The translations under genes were made by a program, and so were the position numbers. From Pseudovirgaria hyperparasitica (taxonomy: Eukaryota): DNA of 64,000 bases. Location: assembly GCA_010093815.1 (NCBI GenBank), contig ML996566.1; one strand, given 5' to 3'. Below the pieces are notes generated by a model. That model searched no databases. It was not told the DNA's origin and was given only the letters and a program-made list of their open reading frames with translations. Positions 51,150-60,700 of the stretch are shown here, piece by piece; position 1 is the first letter of the stretch; each line of letters begins with the position of its first letter.

Positions 51150-51740
51150 ATGCACCCCTCAACCCTCCTCGCCCTCCTCCCCATCCTCGCCACCACAACA
51201 ACAGCCTCCTTCCCCGGCGGCACAAACTACTACCACGACGACACCCCCTACCACTCCGAGGTCCACGCCCCATCCTACATCCACTCCCTCAGCCCAGGCA
51301 CGACCCCTCTCCCCAGCGCCCCGTCATCCATTGCACACTCCTTCCTCCCCAGCGCCCCTTCATCCGCCGCATCCATTGCCGTAAACACCACATCCATCAC
51401 CCCATCCATCATCCCATCTCCACCCTCCTCGTTCGTCCCCGGTATCCCGTCCTTTACTCCTCCAACCCCGGCGCAATCCTCCTTCGTCCCGGCTGGGAAT
51501 ACGACGGTGTCGATTATCCCTACGCCGCCTGCGACTGGGTCGTCTGGGTTTGTGGTGGTTGGGAGTAGTACGCCGACGAGCGCTGGTAGTGGGTCTAGGT
51601 CTGCGACTCGTACTACTGGTGCGGCGATGGCGAGTGCGACGAGTCCTAGTGCTGCTGCGGCGGGAGCGGCGGGGTTGAGTGTGGGTGTTGTTGCGTGGGG
51701 ATTGGTTTCTGGGGTGGTGGTTTTTGTGGGGGGGTTTTAA
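51150..51740 (+). CDS. Secreted Ser/Pro/Thr-rich, probably GPI-anchored cell-surface protein
   Basis: Signal peptide MHPSTLLALLPILA; repeated SFxP units; small-residue omega region and hydrophobic C-terminus. Confidence 0.75.
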   Translation: MHPSTLLALLPILATTTTASFPGGTNYYHDDTPYHSEVHAPSYIHSLSPGTTPLPSAPSSIAHSFLPSAPSSAASIAVNTTSITPSIIPSPPSSFVPGIPSFTPPTPAQSSFVPAGNTTVSIIPTPPATGSSGFVVVGSSTPTSAGSGSRSATRTTGAAMASATSPSAAAAGAAGLSVGVVAWGLVSGVVVFVGGF

Positions 51741-52158
51741 GGGGGGTTATGAGGGGATAGAAAGGGGTGAGGGATGAGGGGATCGATGGGGCATGAATGG
51801 GGATGGGACGAGGTTGTGGAGGGGATGGATAGTAGAGAGAGTGAGGGATGGAATAACGTGGTGGATTGGAAGATTTTTATTTTGTTTGTGGGAATGTTTA
51901 ATTGCAAGAAGGGTGTTTTGGAGTGTGGGATAGATTTTTGGGATGGGTTTGTTCAGGGCTTGCGTGAAGTGGGGGGGCGAATTGTACATACGCGCAGGCA
52001 TGAATGACAGGGATTTCTCTTATGATATGTGGGTTATGTGTGTTTGTGACATGTTGAGTATAAGAAGATCTCTTTGCCGTTGATTGTCATGTCATGGATT
52101 TCATGAGCTAGAAGGAGACTAAGGTCCAGCCGCTCCGACCTCCCTCCCTACCTACCAT

Positions 52159-53560
52159 CTACGTATACCACGTCGGCTCCGGCACCTCATCCAGCAGCAC
52201 GAACCGGCCCAACTCGTGATTCTTGTACGCCACAGGATCATGCAGCGTATGCGTGCGCACATCGCGAAAGAAGCGATCCAGCCCAACCTTGGCCGCCGTG
52301 GCGCGCGCACCCGTAGTCTCAAACACGCCCGCCGTGACGCGCAGCCCGGTATCCGTCGTCACGACCTTGACGGCTGCAACGGCCTCGGCCAGCACGCCGC
52401 GCTCGCGGGCGCTAAGCTGGGAGCGGGCCTTGAGATCCGCGGACGGGTAGCGGGCGTAGAGCGCTGCGATGTCAGCGGCAGCGGAGTCTGCGAGGGCTTC
52501 GGCGGCGCGGGCGTGGGCGTAGAAGTTGCCGTAGGCGGCGAGGATGTAGAATTCGTCTGTGGCGGCGGGATTTGGGTCTGGGGTGTAGGGCCAGGGGCGG
52601 GTGTGTTTTGCGGTGTAGCGGGCGGCGAAGGTGAGGGCGCCCAGGGTGATGCCGAGGTAGAAGTTGCTGAAGACGAGCTGGATGGTGGGCAGGAGGAGGG
52701 AGGCGTAGGGGATGCCGAGGACGGCAGGGTCAGGTTTCTGCCATTGCGGGTTCCAGCCGAGGGCGTCGGACCAGGGGGCGCGGACGTTGGAGATCTTGAC
52801 GCTGCCGGATTCAGTGAGGCGGAGGCCGATGTTGTTCCAGTTGTAGGCGAACTGGATGCCCGGTTGGGCAGTGGGGACGAGGGCGAAGATGTGGTCTTCC
52901 GTGCCGGCGTAGACGCCCTCGAGCACCGTCAAGTCGGAGATGACGCCGCCGGTGTTGAAGTTCTTGACGCCGTTGAAGACAATCTCGTCGCCTTCCGAGG
53001 TGATGGTGAGGTCGGAGTCGCGGGGGTTGACCGCTCCGCCGACGAAGTAGTTGTTGCTCGTGATGAGGTTTGCCACGCGCTCCGCTTGTTCAGGAGTGCC
53101 GACGACGTTCGCGGTCGTGGACCAGAGGAGATGGTATCCCAAGAGCATACCGAGTGAGCTAGGGCTTCTATCAGTCCCCTTCGTTCTGGACAATGTGAAC
53201 TCGTTTCTCTACTCACCCGTCTCCCTTGGCAACCTCACGAATGACCTTGTAACCAACGCTCCAAGAATGTCCACCACCACCGTACTTCTTTGGCCCCATC
53301 ACCTTCAGTAGACCAGAGTATTTGAGCAAAGCCACCTCAGCCCGCGGAGACTTGTTCTCTCGATCACGAACAGCTGCATCAGCTGCAAGCACCTCTGCAA
53401 CCTCCGCAGCTCGCTGCACCCATTGTGCTTCGGTGGAAGGTAGCTTGCCAGCCCACTTCTTCTCAAAGTCGGCATATACGGCCGGGTCAGTTTGCGGTAT
53501 AGACGCTCCTTCGCCGTTCGGCTTGAACGTCAATCCGTTTGAAGCTCCATTGGTCGCCAT
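52159..53560 (-). CDS. Acyl-CoA-dehydrogenase-fold flavin-dependent monooxygenase, SfnB/MsuC/DszC-like; 447 aa, exons 53560-53217 and 53158-52159
   Basis: AAVRDR, KGDGSLGMLLGYH, FNGVKNFNTG, WNNIGLRLTESGSV, QLVFSNFYLGI, GLDRFFRDVRTHTLHDPVAYK: motifs typical of DszC/SfnB-type sulfur-acquisition oxidoreductases. Confidence 0.88.
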
Positions 53561-54204
53561 TTCCTTCTCGGAAGTCTTGACGGAAGTGTATCAAGACGAA
53601 GAAGTCGGCGGTGCAGAAGTATATATCTACGTGCCCAATTGCATGGCTCGCAGTCCTGGCATTTTATCCCCAGTCACAACAATCCTTGGATGTAGAGCTG
53701 CCAGTAGTCTCGTCAAGCGACCTATCATAGTCACCAGTTCCCACTGATGTTGATGGGTGTTGCTATGGCGTGCTGAGACATCGGAAATGGGGACGCGCTA
53801 ATGCTGTGACTGTAGAGTGAAGATCCGAGAACGCGGAGAGGACAATAGAGGGTATTGGCAACTTTTGTTTTGTATTTTCGTTACGGCAGCGTCTCCTTGG
53901 TGAGGCGGGATGTGTCAGAGTGAATGCCGGTCGGATGATCTACTCATGGGCTGGATTGCGTGCTCAAGTAGCTGGATGAGAGAAGCGATGTCGCTTATCG
54001 CTCTCCTATCGGTCAAACGATTAACCAATCTGTACCCAGACTGCGATATCATATGGCGCAGCTAAACAAGCCCCTGTCATGTCGCGGCTTTCGCTGCGGG
54101 ATGATGTAAGTAGTCGACGGATTCGTTGCTGTTGTTGCAATCTACTCTACCAATAGACATCCCTACGCCTTCGAATATCGCCGTCTGGCTATTGCATCGG
54201 CACC

Positions 54205-55742
54205 ATGACAGCGACCGTATCAGTCACCGCACAGAAACGTGCCTTTGATGAAATAGACGATGACAGAACGTTGAAGCACCGCAGGGTGGGCAATGTTCCG
54301 AATCTGCAGCATCAGCTTCTTCTACACAAGAAGGCTCAGCCATTTGAACTGCATCGGGCTGGAGATGTTCCCGTCGCAAAGCCTGGCGAAGTCCTTATAG
54401 AAATACAAGCAGTTGGACTGAATCCCATAGATTGGAAGAGCGCGTAGGTCCTCTCCATGAAGCTTTGTTTGGTAGACCACTGACGACTGGAAAGGTTATA
54501 TGGTTTCGCGATACCCGCATTCCCCTGTATCAGTGGACGCGAGTTTGCAGGGACCGTGGTATACGCAAATGGCAAGAATGATTCTGGAATAGTAGTTGGA
54601 GACCGTGTAAGTAATGCACTGCAACCTGTAACAAAAGCTGATGGTGCTGGCATATCAGGTGCTGTCAATAGCCACCGACTATCGCGACTTTCGAAAGTCT
54701 GCCTTCCAGCAATACGCAGTCTCGACTGCATTCAACGCTGTCAAGATCCCAAGACATGTCGACCTCGCACATACCACATCTCTCGGCGTCGCATTCGTCG
54801 CAGCTGCACTCGCGCTTGGGGTATGCCTCGGTGTTAACTTCGCAGGCCCAGTGACTGAGAGGTCCCTCTTGAAGACAGCCCAGAATCAAGATCCTGAGAC
54901 TTTGCCCAAAGACGTACGAGACGAAGTTCTGAACGCAATTTCCCCTAGCCACACGCCATATGCAGGAGATTGGATTCTGATATACGGAGGTGAGAACAAC
55001 CACTGATGACAAGACCTCGTGGGACTGACTTCCGCCATTCAGCTTCCTCGATCACAGGGCAGATCTGCATACAGCTATGCAAACTAAGCAACCTAAGAGT
55101 CATCGCCGTAGCAAACGAGTCTCGTCATGGCGAGAGACTCCGGGCTCTAGGGGCCGGTACGTCACGAGGCTGGCGAATACCAGTAGACATGCTGACATTA
55201 CAGATCTAATCGTGGACCGCGAAGACTTGGACAAGGCAGCAACGCAAATCCGCGAGTCCGTACCAGGCTCCTTACGCTTTGCGATAGACTGCGTAGGCAA
55301 AGAGACAGCTGCGTGGTGTCAAGACCTTCTGGCGGGTCAAAGTGCTCTCCCAGCAGCAGAGCTTCGCCGTAGATCGGAGGACCGTGGCAGCGATCCAAGC
55401 AACCAAGGCTATTTAATGTGCCATCTGGTCGGCCTGACAGGTTTGCCGAAGGAACAGGCGGCTAGTGTCAGACAACACCAGGTGCCCATCAAGCTCTTCC
55501 ATGAGAATCACGCCCTGGGACGGGAAATGAGCTCATGGTTGACCGAGCTACTGGGACAAGGCCTCTTACAACTACCGGAGGTCGAATTGTTGAAGGGAGG
55601 ACTTGGGTCCATTAATGCGGGGTTGGACAGATTGAAGAGCGGCGCCTTGTCGGGAAAGCGATTAGTTGTGGAGCTCGACCACATGCTCGAGAGCAAGTTG
55701 GCTGTTTGGCCTCCAGAAGACGGCGGCTTCTGTTGGTGTTGA
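54205..55742 (+). CDS. MDR-superfamily (enoyl-reductase/zeta-crystallin-like) NAD(P)H oxidoreductase; 5 exons
   Basis: PGEVLIEIQAVGLNPIDWKS, GREFAGTV, GDRV, AFQQYAV, ILIYGASSITGQICIQLCK, FAIDCVG, GGLGSINAGLDRLKSGALSGKRLVV; four canonical introns; no catalytic-Zn CHSD motif. Confidence 0.85.
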
Positions 55743-56284
55743 AGCTTGCAGTCGAAGTGTCCTGGACAAATGATGTCGTCGTCTTCGTCGTCGTCGTCGT
55801 AGAGGTTCGCACTAGCATAGCGTATTAGACAGTTTCAGGGAGACTTGGGCTTACCAAGATCCAACCAATGAGATTGGCATCCAGCAAAGTTACACGTCTA
55901 GCGCGAGTCAACGGACCTGATCGCGCCATACACATGACAATTGCAACACTGCTCTGGTGTTTGAATGGTGCTGGCGATCAGCTGTGGGATAGAAGCTTGA
56001 TCCTGGGTGATGTGATCGTTTGAGGGGTAGTACGTGATCTATCGGGTAGCCATCGACATGAGATGTGAAAGAGAACCATTGCGTAGGAGAGGAGCAGAGT
56101 AGAAGCTACGACGAAATGGAGATGGTGTCCTTGTAGTGGTGCTGCATTTCAGGTCATAATCGAATATTGAACCACTTTCCTTGTGGTCGTGGAATAATTG
56201 TCGTGTTGCGTTCTGCGACAGTTTGCTATATCCTGATATCCTGAGCACTCTTTTATCTCTTCCGTTCGCTCCCGTGCAACCATC

Positions 56285-57561
56285 ATGGCCAATTCCAACA
56301 TCAATTCAGATCCAGAACGAGTCAAGTTTGCGTAAGTAGCCGAAGCAAAGCTAATTGCATAACGTTGGAAGCTCACATCGCCAGGTACTGGGTACCTAAT
56401 GTCTCTGGAGGCTTAGTGATATCAAAAATCCCACAAAAGACAAGCTGGGACCTGAAGTCAAACATCAGCTACGGACGAACTGCCGAGGACGTCGGTTTTG
56501 AGTACGCACTCACTCAGATTCGGTTCACGGCCGGGTACGGCGCTGCAAATCAGCACGAATCAGTCAGCTTCAGTCAAGCTATCCTGCAGGGTACGGAGAA
56601 GCTGAAGCTCATTGCCGCGCTTCTGCCTGGACCGTGGAATCCAGCCGTCGCAGCAAAGCAGATTGCATCCATCGACAACTATTCAGAAGGCCGAATTGCA
56701 GTCAATGTCGTGAGCGGATGGTTCAAAGGCGAGTTCACGTCCATTGGGCAATGGTGGCTCGACCACGCAGAGAGGTATCGTCGAAGCAGAGAGTTCATGG
56801 AGTGTCTACGAGGCATCTGGACAGCAGGCGAAGACGGATTCACTTACAAGGGAGACTTCTATCAGTTCCACAACTACAACCTCAGCCCTAAGCCGATCCA
56901 GAAGCCGCATCCCGAGATATTCCAGGGTGGTAACAGCGACGACGCACGAGACAACGGTGCTGAAGTGGCTGATTGGTATTTCATGAATGGCAACACACTC
57001 AAGGGCTTCCGTGATCAGATCCAAGACGTCAAGGCACGTGCCCGCAAAGTTGGTCGCGAAGAGCACGTCAGATTCGCCGTCAACTCGTTCGTCATCCTGA
57101 GACCGACCGAAGCTGAGGCTGTTCTACAGCTTCAGGAAATCCAGGGCAAGGCCGACAAGGAGGCCGTAGAAGCATTCGGTGAGGCTGTCAAGTCTGCTGG
57201 AAGCTCGACCAGCAACAAGAAGGGCATGTGGGCGGATAGCAAGTTTGACGACCTTGTACAATATAACGATGGCTTCAAGACGAAGCTCATTGGCACCGCA
57301 GAGCAGATTGCAGACCGAATTCTACTGCTCAAGAGTCTCGGCGTCAATCTGGTGCTGACGGCATTCCTTCACTACGAGACAGAAATTGCGGCATTCGGAG
57401 CAGAGGTCCTGCCATTAGTGCGTAAGCTCGAAGCTGAAGGCCGTGGAAAGGATGCAGAGTTTGAGATTGCGAAGACTGGAGCAGTGTATGAAGACAAGAG
57501 AGTCGTGAATGGCGACGCGAATGGAGACGCGCGACCGGCGAAGCGCGCGAAGAAGGCCTGA
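56285..57561 (+). CDS. sfnG: Luciferase-like FMNH2-dependent monooxygenase, SfnG (dimethylsulfone monooxygenase)-like; 407 aa, exons 56285-56331 and 56385-57561
   Basis: KFAYWVPNVSGGLVISKIPQKTSW, GFEYALTQIRFTAGYGA, QHESVSFS, WLDHAERYRRS, PEIFQGGNS, GMWADSKFDDLVQYNDGFKTKLIGT closely follow bacterial SfnG as recalled. Confidence 0.9.
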
Positions 57562-59153
57562 GGCAGTACTTGCAGCCTGGGGCAGTAATTGTAGCCTGAG
57601 GCACCGAGTTTCATCGTCGGCGAGATCACCTCTCTATTTCTGTCTTCTCTAAAATCTACTGTACAAATCAGCATATACCTAATACTAGTCTAGTAGTCGT
57701 GCAAGTATGGTAATGATCCAAGCGCCTGAATGGCGGAATGAAGTATTGTTGTTACATATTGCTACAACCCCAAATTCTCCATACTAGATAATCTTCTACA
57801 AAACCACTCGCATGGATGTGTTGTAGCAAAACCATGATACAGCACAGCCAACCTCCCACCTCCCCACAAAACCCCAGCACAAAGCCCCACAAAGAACAAG
57901 GTATATCCAAACCAAACCGACAAAGCGCCGTGCCGTGTCTTGGACGCCCCTTTCAACGACAGGCGCACAGAGACACCCAGTAATTAAAGTCAAGTCAGGG
58001 GATGGATAGCACCGGGTAGGAAATCGAGAACGTCATAGTGCAGACGGATAGACAGATATTAGGAATGGCATGTCCTCCTCATCGTGAAGCATCAATCCAC
58101 AGGCACGACTTTCGATCTACTTCTATATCACAAGCCCGATGTCTGGACGGAACCGTGGCCGTAATTCATTGTTTTCTTCATTCATTCGTTATACTGTATA
58201 CCGCGTACATTTGAACAACACATAGAGACGCCGATTAATTCGACCGTAGTAGACACGCCAATCCCTCGCGCCGCGCCATGCCATGAATGCCATGCCCATA
58301 AGTGTTCACCCAAGAACAACTCCCGAGCCCAACACCGGCACTTTCAAAAAAACGCCCGAGAACACCATGCATCATCGCAACAACAGCAACGAAGAAGAAA
58401 AACACCACAGCCACCCAACATCACACGAACTTGCAAAAGCGTTTCACCAGACCTAGATGCACCCACCAACTCTCGCCCCGGCTGCAGGCCAGGCACTCAG
58501 AAGCCTCAAAAAGAGGTTGTCGATCCCCCCTCCCCTCCCTCAGCCCCCCGAATCCCAATCCGATCACTCCCCGAAAAACGCCAAGCCCGAACCCCAGTGT
58601 TGTGCATCCAATCCCAAAACACACACCAACACCCCCTTCGATCATGCGAGCAATTCACCCAGCAAATCAAAACCACACGCGCATCTTAATAAGAGAACAA
58701 GAAAAAGGAATAGCCATGTCAGACCAAACGTGATTCGCTGCCAACCCCAGATTTTCGCCCATTTGCAGGCGCCACTGCCGGCCGGGTGGCGAATTCATGG
58801 GGTTGAATGATGTGCATCGCGGATACGTCGGGAGGAAAGAATAAGGTGGTGGTGGCGAGTGTGTATTGTGACTCGTGGGTTTCCAACTGGGCGCACGCGT
58901 TTTTGACAGGGCGGGCCTGGCCGTTGTCAGATCAGCGGGCCGTTTTCTGGAATACCAAGGGGGGTTTCGCTGGGGGAAGTATAAAGCAACGACTGGGCCC
59001 CGTCCAGGTATTAAGGCGCAGCACACACACACATTGCACATGACGGAGCCTTGTCTCGTCATTCCGATCGAAGACCCTCGGCACAACTACTTTGGACATT
59101 CAGACCTTTGGGTTCGTGAATTCACGACATCTTCGCTCGTGGGGATTTTTATA

Positions 59154-60700
59154 TCACGGTCGGTCTTGCTCCACAAAGAAGCGTGCGCCGTTGTCGACGG
59201 CTATCCGCATCAGATTCGTCATTGTTGCGGTGCAGGGCTGCTTCAGTGTCATGGACACGCGCACGCTCTGCTGGCCGGGGATGTTGTACTGCGCCGCGTA
59301 GAGATTCGTGTCTTCGGTGGTGGCAGTCATGCTCATATCCGCGTCCATGGATCCAGTCGGATACCCGTAGCCCGCGGACACGGAGTAGCTGCCCATCGCC
59401 GGACTTGTGGAAGCAAACGTCGGCGATGTGGTCAGTGTGTTGCTGAAATACGTGCCGACGTAGCCGTCTGCGGAGCCCTTGTGTAAAAGAGCTGGATCTA
59501 CAGAGCTGTCTGCGTTTACTTGGGACTGGTTCCACCACGTCTGTGGTGTTGGCGTGGGAAGATCGGCATAGGCCGCAGTATCGTATGACGCGGTGGGCAT
59601 GCTATATCCGCCGTAGTAGGTGGAGGAGTTGTATGAAGGGGAGCTGACTTGTGGAAATACAGAGTCTTCGGCTCCCCAGGAGGTACCGAAGTCGCTGTTG
59701 CTATAACTAACGGACCCGCGGGTGCTATCTGAGTAGGTAGGGGAGTTTCCTGTTCTTGCACTGTCGATTCCAGAGTCATTCTCGTAACTACACGAGAAAT
59801 CGTGGTCTGTCTCGGACTGGTATTCACTTTGTTCGTCGTCGTCATCGTCATCATCGTCATTGTTGTAGTAATTGGCATATGCATCAACGCTTCCTCCCTG
59901 GTTTTGGATCTTCCGCGTCAGGACTGTATATCTGGTCGAGAGTTAGCTGTGGTCTGACAAGGATGCATCAAAGTCTTACCTATTCTTGATGCAATTCTTC
60001 GATCTTCCGGGAAAATACAGCTTTTGAATCTCCTTCCAGTGTCGGCCGATTTTGGAGACTGCATAGAGAAGTTGCTGGTTCTGGACATTTGTCAACAATG
60101 AAATCCTGTACGAAGCAACAGACCAGACGTACCTCTTGCTCGGACCATTCACTTCTATCAAGTTCTGGATCCAAAGACTGCTGCCATCTTTTCGCGCATT
60201 CTATACGGAATGTCAATATGTTTGTTATACAGGGAACGGATAGCAGGGGTACTGACGGTCTGCACTCCTGGTCCTTACTTCCTCAGCAACCAAAGTCCAT
60301 CTACTATGACGTCAGTCTACGTTCTAAATATGACTTCCATGGAAAAGAGCAATGGTACGACAGGGTGGAATAAGGGACCTCACCTCTGGCCATGACGTTC
60401 AACGCCTCGTCGTAGCAGAGCGTCTTCAGACTTGGCCCATTGACCTTTCTTGAGGCCTCCTGCAACAGCGTTGTGCCAACGCTTCCGGCAGTCTTTATTT
60501 GTGCGTCCAGGGAGTTTCGAGGCAATCCGGCACCAATCCTTTGCTTCCCCTTCGGCAACTATAGGAGGCACAATCAACACTACTGTACTGGGTGCTGGCA
60601 GTGACCGGGGGCGTCAAAGGGTCCACTCACGTTGTGCAAGGACCTCATTTCTTAGAGCTTTGTCCTCCTCAGCCGTCCATTTCCTAGGCATGCGAGGCAT
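59154..60700 (-). CDS. Three-repeat Myb transcription factor with an acidic/Ser-Tyr-rich C-terminus; about 6 exons
   Basis: RKWTAEEDKAL|DWCRIASKLPGRTNKDCRKRW; KKGQWAKSEDALL|WTLVAEEVRTRSAD|CAKRWQQSLDP; SEWSEQE|WKEIQKLYFPGRSKNCIKNR|Y; then poly-Asp. Confidence 0.88.

Noticed and set aside
52216..53157. 313-aa plus-strand ORF antisense to the SfnB-like gene
   Set aside because: Codon-register antisense shadow of a GC3-rich gene
53561..56284. CYS-3/MetR (ATGRYRYCAT) or Myb (YAACGG) sites in the cluster promoters
   Set aside because: Only half-sites or partial matches seen (e.g. ATGGCG, ATGATGTAA, CAACGG); expected by chance
58700..59020. Possible U1 snRNA or other structured RNA on the minus strand (ATACCTGG start, GC-rich stems)
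   Set aside because: Lacks the ACTTACCTG 5' motif and a clear Sm site; more simply the Myb 3' UTR or downstream region
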